A stretch of DNA of 50,861 nucleotides, filler included, from Streblomastix strix (GCA_008636045.1; 2 parts of 2 records of this genome joined end to end with filler, not necessarily neighbours in it); one strand, 5' to 3'. Shown: positions 1 through 14,219, numbered from the whole stretch's first letter. Notes: generated by a model not told the origin, from the sequence alone. Made by a program: numbers and translations.

Positions 1-778
1 ATAAGATGTTAGGTAATAGCAAATGAATCAAATATATCTTAATCAATGGGATCTATAATCTGTGTTGCGTGAATTGAATAAATCATTTGTTGGATTCTCA
101 TTTGCATAACCTTTGAATGAGTAAAATGAAGAGAAAACAAAATAGGAAATTAAATTACAGAGTGAGTAATAATAGAAATAGATTGATATAGTTGAATAAG
201 AATAAGATTAATATAAACAAATAAATATTGATAAGAAAGAAAGAGATGCTTCTAATTAGATTAAAGGAGGAGTATTGGCAACAGGTCATTGGGGTTGTGG
301 TGCTTTTAAAGGAGATCAATTTCTGAAGTTTATTATTCAATGGATTGCTGCAAGTGAAGCAGGAGTTACTGAGATGAGATATTCATGCATGATGGAAAGG
401 AGTTTGTATTGTTGTTATTATTACTATTTATTGATGTTATGGCTAATAGTAATTATTATTTAATTTATATTCATTATTACATTTATCATTACAATTCTAT
501 CTGATATTCAAATAATTGAAGATTTCATTTAGATGGTTACCTTAATTTTGAACATCCTCCAACCTGAATATAGTGTCATTAATTAAGATGATGATTTTGA
601 GAAACATTTTATGAGTAATAGACATCATGAACATAATAAAGATTAAAGAAAAATATTAACAGCAGGAAGTTTGTATAATCATTTATCTAGATATTGTGAG
701 ATAATGCAAAAATTAGGAAAAGCGAATGGAGATGGACTCTTTGCATATTTACTTGGATGCTACAGTTCTGTTGAGTGA
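1..778 (+). CDS. PARG: Poly(ADP-ribose) glycohydrolase, C-terminal part (5' partial; one intron starting near 402)
   Basis: Frame 2 with TAR=Gln reads QWDLQSVLRELNKSFVGF...VLATGHWGCGAFKGDQFLKFIIQWIAASEAG, matching the PARG 'REL.KA..GF' and 'ATGNWGCGAF.GD..LK..IQ..AA' motifs. The last exon reads ...ILTAGSLYNHL...SSVE then TGA at 776-778. The acceptor position (about 520-532) is uncertain. Confidence 0.9.
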
Positions 779-1047
779 TAATCCACTTTTCTTTTTTGAA
801 GTGATATAAAGACGAATATATGATCAATTCAATGATAATTACTTGAATAGTTATAATAAATAAATTTAAACATAAATTGTATTTTTATTTATATAGTATT
901 TTTATTGTACTCTCATTAAATTAAAAAAATTGAAAAATAACTCATTATTAAACACCGAATGATATCAAAGTCTTATTTTGTCAAATTGCTGTCATGCTAC
1001 ATTAGTCATTTTCCATTATTCATTCAAATCACTTCCTCAATATCATT

Positions 1048-4000
1048 TCAATGAACCCTTCTATTGCTCACAAAATACTTCAATACTTCATTCTTATATT
1101 CTCTTCCTGAATCTTTCATTCCTCTTTCTTTTGAGAATATTATAGATTCAATTTCTTCACTGATTCCTTCTTCTTCCATTTGATTCTCTTATTCAATAAT
1201 CAATCTTTCTCTTCCTTCATTAATATCCATCATTTTCAACTAATGATGCAAATCAATGATCTTCTAAATAGTATCTAGGATCTTTTAAATTATGTTCTCT
1301 TCTCCTCCACAGATGCAGATCCATTGACTCAAGATCTGACTGAACCCAGAATGAATGAAAAATATCGTTTCATTGATAAATGTTCCAGCTTGTTTGAATT
1401 ATAGTGTAGTGCAGCAAAGATTCCAAAGAATTTCAGAAGAAAAGTTGGTAGATTGGCATAATTCATCTTCTATTATTCTTCTTCTATAAATTGTAAACAA
1501 AGATCCTTTCAAGTTGAGTATTTATATCAGGTAAAAGTCTTAGAAATGTCCACATTTAATGGATGTTATCAAAAAACGAATGGATTCAAAGCCAAGGAGA
1601 AATTGAAAATGGTTTTGTGGATAATGAGATAAACTTATAAGATTCAGGTTGATATGAGAGATTAAATCTTTAGTGAAAGTATTATCTTTATTCAATTTTT
1701 TGTTGTTGAGAAGATAATTGAATGTTTGCATTAATTAATATTAAAGGAGAAATACACAATCGGAATTTGAAGCAATGATACAATTCTTACATTAACAATT
1801 AATATGAATCAGTTAAGAAAGTATTGTGGCATTTTTATCCATCAGATATTCTGGAATAATATTAAAGAATTGAGAATTTTGAATATAAACTTTAATAGAA
1901 GAGAAAATCATCTAAATTATTATTAATAATTTATTTGTTTTTAGTCTATATTCTTTATTTATATTTTCTATTTTATTGTCTTCAAATATTTTCATTTATT
2001 GATTATTATTTATCTATTTATATTATATGATATATTCATTCAGTTTTTAATGAAGCTCATCCAATCGATTAATATCATTAATATTCAAATAATTGTCTAT
2101 TTCTTCTTTTTTTAATCTAAATATAGAAATACTATCAAAAATATTCAATTACTCTTTAACTTTTTGATTAAATATTATAAATGAGTACAACATTCTCATA
2201 AATATCAGTAAATATTGATAATCAGATCCAAAGAAACCTTCTTATTATTATTCTTATTATTAACAATATTTAATATCTCTATTTTTATTTATCATTATTT
2301 AAATTGATGATTATTCTTATTTATAATTATATATTTTATCATTATATGATTTGAGATTTGCTGTAAATTTTTCGATTAGTGCGCTCAATCCAACAATATC
2401 AAACAATGCTTTGAATTTATTATTATTATTATTTATGATACCCTTCTCGGCAATATATGCAAGTATAAATAGAGAATGTTTCTCACTGTTTGTTAATAAG
2501 AATGTTGATTACTGCAATTAATATCTGCAAATCAATCTTTATATAATCTTTCCTAACCATGGAATAGCTGATTCACATGCCCAATCTAATTAAGTAATAT
2601 CATACGAGTTTCTCAATAATTAATTGAATAAAATATCTTCAAAAATTTCAACAATTTATTCTTCTTATTATAATTCAATTTATTCAACAATTAATTATTT
2701 ATTTTAATATTCTAATTTGTTCTGTTCCCATGGTGTTAATGGATTAAACATATTAAATTCTCTATCAATTCTAAATATACCATCTAACTAATATATATGA
2801 GAATGTGATGAAGAAGAGACAAATTATTTATCTTCTTAAATAGGAGTTATAAGAGAAATATGAATTTCAGATTTATTCTCCAAAATATATTCAACTTCAA
2901 AATCTTTTATTATTTAATTTTCATTCAGAATAAACTTCTTTTCTTTTTCAACACTTTTATAATGAAGCAAATCTTTTATCTTAATCTGAAAATATAATAA
3001 AATTAATAAATTAAAATTAAAATTAATATGACTAATAATTTTCATACATTTTTTTCTTTTATTTCATATTCTTTGATTATGGAAATGAAATTTAGTAGTG
3101 AAATATAATTTTCACAATTTTCATTATCATTAGATATCTTCAACAAATTTTCTGTCAATGTTATTGCATTCATCACTTCACAGTGCTCCAAATTTCTAAA
3201 TATAAAAAAATTAGAATTATAACATAGTAAGAAAATAAATAGAAATGAAATATTGCAAACTAATTCATTAAAAGATTATTGTTTCTATTTTATTCTTCAC
3301 TCTTTTTATATTTTCGGAGTTGGATTATCAAAGAATGCGAGAGAATCACTATAAGAAAAATAATGAGAAAAATAAAATAAAATAAAATTTAATAATTAAT
3401 AATTAATAAATGGGCAAACATAATCGCATTTTTAACCAAGGTGAAATTTTCTGTTAATAATTTTGCAATGTTTGTTTTTCAGTCGTAAATCTGTGAAAGA
3501 AATCAATCAATGCAAGGATCTGAATGAAAAATGATTCAATCTCCTATAAATATTAATAAATAAAATCTTAAGTAAAAAATTAAAAAGATGAATCAAACAT
3601 TAAATTTCAGAATATATTGAGAATTATCAATTAATTCAAATATGCCCTTCTATGTTGCATAGTCAATAACAAGTGCACTTGGAAACTCCAGCATATTGTC
3701 ATTTTTCATTAATTGATGATGGAAGTTGGAAAGAGATGGAATATGAGTAAGAATTGAAGTTGAGATATTTTTCAAAATTTTCTATTTAGTTTCATCAGAT
3801 CCAAAGTGAGAAAGTGTTTCAATGAATTGAAGGAATTATATATATGCTTTTCCATCTGTTTGAATTGTTGGAAATTTAATTATTTAGATGAAATCTTTGT
3901 GATTTACAATTGAATTATGATTTTCTAATTAGAAATATTGAATAATGAAAAATATATTGAATAATGATAAAATAATGAATTGGTTTCAATTATTAAAATA

Positions 4001-7000
4001 GTTCATGCATTCACATTCAGCTAGACAGCATAATGCTTTGAAACCATATTCTATCATATTTGATTATTAATTCAAAATTATTCCACCCATTATCTCAGAT
4101 ATTATTTAATAATCATGAATAGAATTCAACTTTATTGCTTTATGAAGAAATCCCAATATAATTGAAACTTTGAATGACATTTATTTTTAATCAATCAATA
4201 ATAATAATAACTTATCAATTGTACCATCACATTCAAGCACAATGAACCAAGGATGTTATTATCCTTTTTCTGAATAATCAGCTCCAGTATTCACTATCTC
4301 AAGAGCAATCATCAGAATCTGATTATAAAAAATATCGGATTTCAAATTGAAACGCTTTTATTTAATATCAAAATCAAATTATAATGCGTAAGATAAGTTC
4401 TGTTTATATTTATCAATCATTTCAATTAGGAGTTGAATATATCCCATAAAATAAAGATTATATTTTGTGGCTTATGGAGCTAATTTAATTGCAGTTTCAG
4501 AAAGTATGAGTAAATTAAGATTATAAATATATTATATGAATTTATCATTATTTGTAGAATCATCTTTTATATGAGTAAGGAGTGATATTGTAAGATGAGA
4601 TAGTTCTGTATAAGATTCAGTTTATTTCAGAGAGTGAATGATACAATTAATGAGATATGTTGATTGATTACCAGTATTTTCATGATTATTTAATAGAATT
4701 TACTTAAGAACATCAAAAGCACCTTTTCTATACAGAATTAATCTTCCTTCATCATCTGACCATAAAATAAGACTAAATAATGAGTTGAAATTATGCAATT
4801 GAAAGAAATTTTTAGAATAAATCAAAGTTTATTCAATAATATAATCAGAAATTCTTGAATTCTTCATCATCATTGCTAATTCTTTGCACCAAATAACATC
4901 TCTTCCAAAAAATTGCATAACAATGTCAATATCTTTATGAATTTATGTTTTAAGAAGTTTTTTATCTTCATTAACAAAAAAATTAATATCTTTTCCAGAT
5001 TTAATGTCAATAGGTTTCAAAGATTGAAAAGATTCTTATTTCAAAGTAATTGCAAGTAATTATTCAATTATATAATCAATTTATTAAAATAATTATTAGT
5101 TCATATTTCTGTTCTAACGCTTATTAACTGAACAAATATTGATTGCATCTTTAACAAGATCATCAAATTTGGATTTAATTGTTGTATTAATGTCAAATTC
5201 TAATCCTTTCTTTTCCATTTCTTTTATAACTATATCTTCAATAATTTATTATTCTTTCTTTATCTTGTCCAATTTTAATTAATTATCATTCAATGATAAT
5301 GGATTTTAAATCTGAATTTTATTCATATTCTTAAGTGTCTTTTATATGACAATAAAATTAACATTATCAGTTGAAAATTGTGAGAAATTATCAACGATGA
5401 ATTCTTTTGTTTCTTTCGATCCACAATCATAAATGATCGTCAGAAGTTTATTTATTGCTTTCAAATATTCAATTCCTCTCCATTTCATCATAAAAATTAT
5501 CGAATCATTAAATTCTTCATTCAAAATATCATTGTGATTATCTAATAAAAGTAGTATAAAGATTAATCATTTAAATGGAATAATGTATAAATATATCAAT
5601 TTATATATTTTAAATATAGATATAATAATAATCATAAATTTTATCTTTAAAATATTAACTTTTATTCTCTGCTAGATATCCTAATGCTTAAAATGCTTCT
5701 ATACTAAGATCTTCAATCTCACATAATGCAATACTCTAAAGATTACTGATAACAACTGAACTATTTTAATAAGGAAGAGGAGAAGACTTATAGAAATATC
5801 CAAGTGCCAATGAAGCTTGTTATTTGATATTTTAATTATTAAATTCAGTTCGACAAAGCAAATCAAAGAGCATTTAATGAGTATTACAAGATTTCATATT
5901 AAAATAATAAGGATTTTGAAGTCCTTAACACATTTCATTAAAGTTCAATTAGAACATTTTATAGATAATATATGTTACTCGGTCAAGAATAGTTTCATTT
6001 GAACTTGTAAGAAATTTGCTGAGTGAATCAACTAATCCTTTATCAAATAGATAACTGCATTGCTTTGGACTAATATAATTGATTATAACACATATAGGAA
6101 GTAAATATGATCCTAATATTTATGAATATGGAAGAGTTATTAAGAAATTAACAAGTATATCTATGAATTAGTCATCTTCAAACAAAATATCAATGAATAT
6201 TTTATTATCACTGATCATTCTTGATGCAACTTCACAAGCATACAACATTACTCCACAATATTCATTTTCTTCTTTCAAATAACAATGAAGCATTTCACAA
6301 ATTATGTTAAATTCTTTTTATTTATTAAATTTATTTTTTTCATTTTCTTTTATCAATTTTATTTGTTACTCAATCACAAAAACTTATTTCATATTTTCAT
6401 AATAATGAATCCAAGATTGAACTTTCTTGCATAATTCTTATATCTTCATATTTTCATTCTAACTAAGTTTCTATATAAATTCAGATATATTTAAATTATT
6501 TATAGATTAAATTATTTATTTGTCTCCATTTTATAATAATTTTATCAACAAAATTAGAATAGCTTTATATTTATTATTTTCATTATTTCTGATATTAATA
6601 ATAAATATAATATTATAAATAAATAAATAAAAATAATGAATAATAACCATTTGTAATTATAAAAATATAATTTAATTCATTATTGTACTTCAACAATTAC
6701 TATAAATCAATATTAAACTCCTTCAAAAGAATAACTGAATGATTGGCTGTATAAATATTAATATAATAATTAAAAAAATGATAAAATAAAATTATGAATT
6801 TATGGAATAAAATATTATCATACCTTAACATTGAGAAAGTGAAATAATTGCAGATAAACAGTTTGTAGAGACAAATTTATCTTTGTTGATTAATCCTTTC
6901 ATTAATGTTGAAATTATTTCCCTTTTATATTGAATAGGAAGTTCAATTCCTTTGTAGATCCATCCAAATGAAATAGCAGCAAGAAACTTAGTTATTTCAG

Positions 7001-8131
7001 TTTAATCTTTCATTATTCCTGATTCAAAAAGAGGTTTTCCAATATCATGTATTAATACAGAAGAAAATGGATGAAAATTATGATTACTATACGTTTGAAG
7101 TCCATCATATATTATATTGTGAATTAAAGATATGATCATCTCAATAACTTCTGTCTTAACACATCTTAACACTTTTGATGCTGTTTGTGTTATTCCATAG
7201 ATGAAAATGGTCTATTTTTATTGGTCTGTGCTAAATTAATAAATTAATGAGAGAGCTTTAATATGGATAGGTTTTAATGAATTGATTGGAAGGACTTCAT
7301 TAATCAATATCATCAATTAACTCACAAGTTTCATATTCATTTCAGGGAATTATGAAAAAGATTATCCTTTAAGACACTTGCAAATAGTTTTGCAAACACG
7401 TTCTTGTATTGGTTATGAAAATTATTGTGGTTAATTCAGAGCCCAAATAAGAATATGAACAAGTTGAGATTGAATTTTATGATATAATTGAATTCCATTC
7501 TCTTTAACACAAACAACAATTGAATTTAATTGGTTAATATAATAGTTATATTCCATCTGGTTATGTGGAATTGGAAGCTCAGCCATTTCATTCCTCTGAA
7601 TAATATTAATTTAAGATTAGGGAGTTTCTTTTGTGAGTTAAAGTGATTCAGCTAAAGAAAAACTAAGTAGGTCAGATTTATTAAGGATTATATCATCTTC
7701 AATCCATTTTGAACGTTTGTTATCATTACAAAAAAGTTCATAATTATTACTTGAATATGATTATTATATTGCTTAAGATGAGTTCTTAGATATATTGTGG
7801 CTTGCTTGAATATTAACTAACTGTGTAAAATGAACAATGTTTAAAAATAAAATAAAATAAAAAAAATAAAAAAAAACATACCTCTACCATTACATGCCTA
7901 TTAAATTGTATAGTTTCTGATAAAAATAAAATATTATATTTTTAAGGAAAATTATAAATGCACACCATTTAATTCACGCTATGCCCGCATAGCATCTTCA
8001 CTTCTTTCGAAAATAATTTCTGCTGAATCTTCATGTAATGCGCACCCAATTACTTTTCCAAACTTTAAAAACAATGCAAATATCTGTTCTTGCTATACTC
8101 CTTCAGGCAACTGAGATATGTAAAGAGTCAT
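1048..8131 (-). CDS. Large multi-exon protein (estimated 2,100-2,200 aa): N-terminal RRM, ARM/HEAT-like helical regions and an internal degenerate kinase domain
   Basis: ATG at 8131 gives MTLYISQLPEGVQQEQIFALFLKFGKVIGCALHEDSAEIIFERSEDAMRAQRELNG (RNP2/RNP1 pattern of an RRM). GT-AG introns occur near 7820-7965, 6590-6822 and 2986-3598. The C-terminus reads ...QMEEEGISEEIESIIFSKERG...NRRVH then TGA at 1050-1048. The single-gene model was not checked codon by codon throughout. Confidence 0.7.
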
Positions 8132-8863
8132 GCGATGTGGATGAATAATTTTCTTAAAAAAAAAATAAATAGAATAAATCTTTGAATATAAAGTAATAAT
8201 AACTAAAAGTGTTAAATTATTTAAATATTTATACTGATTAAAAAATAAATTAAATTAAATTAAATTAAATTAAATAGTTTTCAATTGAATGGATTTTTAT
8301 TTTTAAAGGTAAAAGTTCTATTTGGTTTTGCGCAATTCTCGAATTATTTAACTGTACGGCTGCATTGTAATAATTCTCCATTAATTAAAATTTATTACAT
8401 TTTTAATCAATCAATAATTTTTTCGTCAATAACCACGTGAAAATGAGAAGATTAGATTTCAATAATAAAAACGACTGTAATACATATAATATCTGCATAA
8501 ACTCAAAATCATAACTTTCATATCATTGATGGTTTTTTTATATTCATTCTTTTAATCAACCTTTACTAAAACTCAAAGTTTCACTATCCAAAATAGCTGC
8601 TCTGTATTTTTTTCCAATATTTTACTTTATACTCTCTACTAATTTATCATTTCTATTGTATTTTTTAATGAAACATTTTAATTTATTATTAGTGTTAAAA
8701 TATAATATTCATTACAAAAATTTATAGCTAATAACCTTTGAACATAATAACAAATTAAAATACTTTTTATATTTCTTTCTTATAAGCAGTTTAACTGCTA
8801 TTATATTTTGATTCAACTTTTTGATTATATTCTAATATTTGTCTATATTTCAAATTTTAGGAA

Positions 8864-11800
8864 ATGTCTAAATAAAGTGACTGTTTGCTATTTTCATTCT
8901 AAGAATCGATAGTATTTCATTTATTCCTTTCTCCAAATATAGATCAATTAGTTCGTGCACTCGGTCATGGCGCATTCGGAACTACTTTCCTTGTGACTGA
9001 GAAAGCAACAGGCAAAGAGTGTGCATGGAAGAGGATCACAATAGCTAATGAACATGATAGACAAATGGCTCAGAGCGAAGTTGAGATGCTTCAAAGAGTA
9101 AGAGGAGAATTTCTGGTCTCATTTCTTGGGTCATTTGAAGAGAATCTTGAGTTCTTCATTTTGATGGAGTACTGTGATTAAGGTGATCTTAGGAAGTTCT
9201 TGAATGACTTGAAAGAGAGAAATGAAAACATCAGTGAAGATGCATGAGTAATATATTTATTTATTCTTTAATTATTTGTCTGTTTTATTTCCATAGAATG
9301 TGTGGATCATCCTTACGCAGATGGTATATGCACTACACAGTCTGCATTAGATGGACATAATACACAGGGACTTGAAACCAGAGAACGTCTTCTTGACTGG
9401 ACAGAATCATGTGAAGTTGGGTTTGTTTTTTATTTTATATTTTATTTATTATTATTATTATATATTATTCATTATAGGTGACTTTGGTCTTGCTCGAATT
9501 GCTCTAAGTACTCAGCTTTATTACACTCGAGTTGGAGGAACAACGTGTGATGTAATTTAATTAACTATAAATACTCACAATATTAACATTATTCATTAAT
9601 TATATTGTATTAACTTTATTCAATAATTATATTGTATTAATATTATTCATTAATTTAATTGTATTAACATTATTCAATAATTATATTGTATTAATATTAT
9701 TCATTAATTTAATTGTATTAATATTATTCATTAATTTAATTGTATTAATATTATTCATTAATTTAATTGTATTGACTCAGAATATATTTTGCACCAGAGT
9801 TACTGGAAGAAGAAAATGAAGACTCGGACAGTTCAGGAAGTGACAGTCAAAATAATATTGATAAAAGATCTAAAAAGTATTTATTGGTTTTATTAATTAA
9901 AAGTAAAATATAATTCATATATATTATATTAATTATTTGATAATAATTGCATCATCATTTATTTAATAATTCAGTATTATAACACAGACAAAAGAATCAG
10001 ATATGTTTTCACTTGGAGAAATCTGCTACGAACTGATCACACTCAAACATCCATTTGCTGGTTTGCAATTATTTCATTACTTATTTTAATAGATACATTT
10101 TTTATTCATAAATTTAATCTTTAGGCAAAAGCGGAAAGGTCACAAACAAGAGAATCAGGAAGTGCATTCCAAAACAACTTCCTCATCGCATCTCTGAATC
10201 ATTGAAGCAAGTTGTGATGATGATGCTTAGCAAAGTATGAATTATATAATATAATTAATTAATTTATAAACACTATTCATAAATATTTAAAATAATTTTG
10301 GATATTTCTTTTTTTTTAATTTTTTGTTAACTTATTAGGATCCAGTTCGTAGACCAACAACTGAGTAACTACTTCAACATCCAGAGATAGCAAGAAGAAT
10401 ATAATAATTAGGAAAAGATTTTAATATTGTGGGAAATGAATAAGAATAATCATCAATAATAAATTCAGATCAATTATAATCATCATAAAATGCATCTTTA
10501 CCCTAACAACATTCTCAAAATGTTAATACATTGAATATTCAAACAAATTAAGAAAATATATAATCTTCATCATCATAATAATAATATATTGATTCTTCAT
10601 CTTATTAGTAATAATAATAAACATTGTCCTTCTTATATAAATAACAATCTTAATCTTCAACTTCATCTTCTTCATCAAACATTCAAATCATTCCATCTAT
10701 TCATTTTACACTTGCTGATCCAATCAATATTCAATCATCATAAATCTCACCAATAATTGAACCTTCTTCACAATTGAATCCAACTTATGATTGTCGATTA
10801 TCTTCATCAACCACTTCAAATAATATTTCATCTTCATTTAATTAATAAAATGAATCATAAATAGATATAGATTAATAATAGTCTTCAACAATCTCTTTGT
10901 CTGATCAATAATATTCAAATATGATTATCCCTGATTCTATCTCACTTCCTTCACAATTATAAAATGTATAATCATTTCATCAAAGTTCTTCTTCATCATA
11001 AAATCAATAATCAGAAATCAATATTGATCCTTCATTATCAAATTAATCTCATATTACACATCTTTCTCTGTAAACTATTCATTCATAATCTTCCATAACA
11101 AATGGTAATTAAATTAATCTACAATAATCAAATATGAATCATTTAGATAAAAATTAAATAAAGGAATATAATATAAATATTAATGATATACAAAAGAAGA
11201 AGAAAAGATAAAACAAAAGGAAAAAACATTTGAATAAAAAAGAAAATTAAAATTAAAATTAAATTGAATTAAATGATGATAATGAAGTCTAATATTAATA
11301 AAAAGAGAAAGAAAAAGATAATGGACATGAGTAGGAAATAAGTGAAGGATTAAAAATGATTAATATTAATGAAAAAGAAAACATTGATTAATTAAATTAA
11401 GAAAATAATGAATAATAAGAAAAACAAAAGTAGATTAGAAATTAGAAAGAAATAAATGATAATAACGATGAAAATAATGAAAAAGAAGAATAAGATAATG
11501 AAAAAGAAGAATAAGGAGAAAATATCAATAAAAAGAAGAGTAAGAAAATAAGTGGAAGAGCCAGAAAGAGAAAAGCATTAAGAGAAAAATAAATATAAAT
11601 TGAAAAGAATAATAATGAAACAGAAGGAAATACAAATGAATAATAAGAAAATTAAATATAAATAGAATAATAAAACTAATCAGAAATTTATAATCAACTA
11701 TAAATCTTCAATCTAATTAACGAGATCTTAAAGAAAGAACTCATAGGAACATAATAATAAATAAATGAGATTATATAAAAATAAGAAATAGCTTGCAAAT

Positions 11801-14219
11801 AAGTGAATGAAATGTTGAAAAGTGTTGATGATAGCAATAATGATGATTTAAAGCTATAACTTATTTGTGACTCTGGAGTTATTAAAACCCTTCTACATAT
11901 TTTAGAAACTCGTAACTTATAAACAATAACAGGCGAATTTACATCTCCTTTACTAACAATTGCATATGAATGTAGCTTTAAGATAATACAACATCTGATC
12001 AACATTGATCCATTTCCTGCTCTTCTTAGACTTCTCGATCATTAGAATGAAAAAATTGTTAATAACTCAATTAAAACTATTTTTTATATTCTTAATATTG
12101 AAATTCATACAAAATATTTGTTATTACAACAGAATTTTTAAACATTGGAAGCAAACAATGGAATTTCAAAGATTTATTAACTTTTCCAGAAAAGCATTAA
12201 TAAAGAATCAAAGAACATTGCTTCTATATGCATCGGATTTCTATTTAAATCGAGATAGATTAATAATACATCAATGAGATAGTAGATTATTGCCCATTTG
12301 ATAGAATAGATTAATGATATTGATACTGAAACTAAAAATGATGCAGTACAAGCACTTAATTGTCTTTCACGAAATCCAGGTATTCATATTAATAAATTAC
12401 ATTCAAATATTTAATTTTGTGAATGATAACACATTTAACCATCTAATTTGAATATTATTTACTAATTATTCAAAGTTTGAATAATTTATTTTTATTTATA
12501 TTTTGTTTATTATTTATGAAATAGTTAATCTTACAGAAATTCTAAAAAAAGACATTCTTTTAGAAATAAAGAATACTTTGAATTAAGAATTAAAAGGTAA
12601 TCATGATTAATAAGAAAAGATATTTAATAATCAAAAAAATAAATGTAAAATCATTTCAGCAATTTTAAGTGATAGAAATGATAATGCATTAAGATAATAA
12701 ATAATGGAAATTGGGATCATTGATTCATTAATTCGTATTTTTGCTTCACGTGATTTTGCTATGATATCAAATTCTTACACACTGGCATTCTTTAAATATA
12801 CTGATTCTTGTAACTTTGAATTATTATAACAATTATTCAATAGAAATCCATATCCTGCTCTAATACGACTTCTTAACCATCAGAAAGAAGATATTGTCAG
12901 AGACTCTATCAATTCAATCTCCAATATTCTCGAATCTGGATTTCAACTTTCAGATGATTCAGAGTTACATCCACATTTCTAATAAATGATTGAATGCAAT
13001 GGGATATAAATAATATTCAACCTATTTCGAAGTAGTAATGACTAATGGACAAAAAATAAAGCTTCAATTTGCATCGGTTTTCTGTTTGTATCGAGAGAGA
13101 TTAATAATGCATCTATAAGATAACAGATTATTGCGAATCTTATTGGATAGGTTAATGGTCTTGATATAGGAACAAATATGGATGCTGCAAATGCACTGAA
13201 AGGTCTTTCACGAAATCCGGGTATTTATATTCATATGTTTATATAAAATTAATTAAGATTAAAGAATATATAAATTTATGAATGAAATTAATTTTTCTCC
13301 CTCTTTTTTTATTTCTAATTTTTCAAAATTAGAATAATTTATGTTTTATTTATTATATTTTTTATTTATTAAATAGTTAATCTTACATAAATTCTGAAAG
13401 GAGATCTTCTTTTATAGATTTTAAATATATTTAAATAATAATTTAAAGATGATAACGACCAGTATTAGATAGAAATTGGTTAAGAAAGCAAATGTTTAAT
13501 TTTAACATCAATATTAGAAGATAGAGAAGATGATTAGTTAAGATAATAAGTAATCTAATTGGGTATTTTTAAAATCATTCTCCGTTTCATTGAAACTCGT
13601 GATCTTTGTGATATAAGTATAGTATAATCTAAATGTCTCAATGCAATAATTTGTCCTTGTAATTAACAAACTCTCCAATTGATATATAATTAAAATCCAT
13701 ATCCATCTCTATTTCGACTTCTTGAACTCGAGGATGAATAAACTATTTGTGATTCAGTTGTTTCTATTAGTTCTATTCTTGATATGAAAATTTAATCATA
13801 AGTAGTGTCTGAGTTTCATCCTCATTATAATCAAATATAAACATGCAATGGAATAGAAAAGATATTCAAACTTTTTTAGAATGATTCCCTTAAATAAATA
13901 AAGGATATATGTGCAATCTGTATTGGAATGATATTCCATAAGAATGTGATCAGTAATGTATCTATACGACAATAGATTATTGCACATTTAAAAGAACTTC
14001 TGCTTGATTCTGATGATTGGAAAAGGATAAAGTCAAAAGAAAGACTTTTCTTTTTGGCTCAAAATACAAGTATGATGTATATATTAATAATTAATAATAA
14101 TTTAACTTTTAATAAAAAATCATTATTACATTCAAATCTTATTATCTTTTTTCTTATTAGCTAATCGAACTGAGATTGAGAAAGATGGATTTGCAATTTC
14201 AAGATTATATGATAATTGA
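8864..14219 (+). CDS. NEK-family Ser/Thr kinase with Q/S-rich and charged linker and three C-terminal ARM-like repeat modules
   Basis: The spliced translation contains GHGAFG, CAWKRI, SEVEML, LMEYCDQGDL (Q=TAA), HRDLKPEN, DFG, YFAPE, SDMFSLG and RRPTTEQLLQHP. Introns include 8883-8942, 9242-9296 (GC-AG), 9421-9477, 9545-9780, 12380-12524, 13221-13376 and 14070-14160. It ends NRTEIEKDGFAISRLYDN then TGA at 14217-14219. Confidence 0.9.
9581..9773. repeat. Intronic minisatellite, about 7 copies of a 27-bp unit
   Basis: The unit TATTAATATTATTCATTAATTTAATTG and minor variants are repeated in tandem inside intron 9545-9780. Confidence 0.9.

Noticed and set aside
9581..9773. Regular repeat array as a possible CRISPR
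   Set aside because: The units are contiguous with no unique spacers and lie in a spliceosomal intron, and no cas genes are present.
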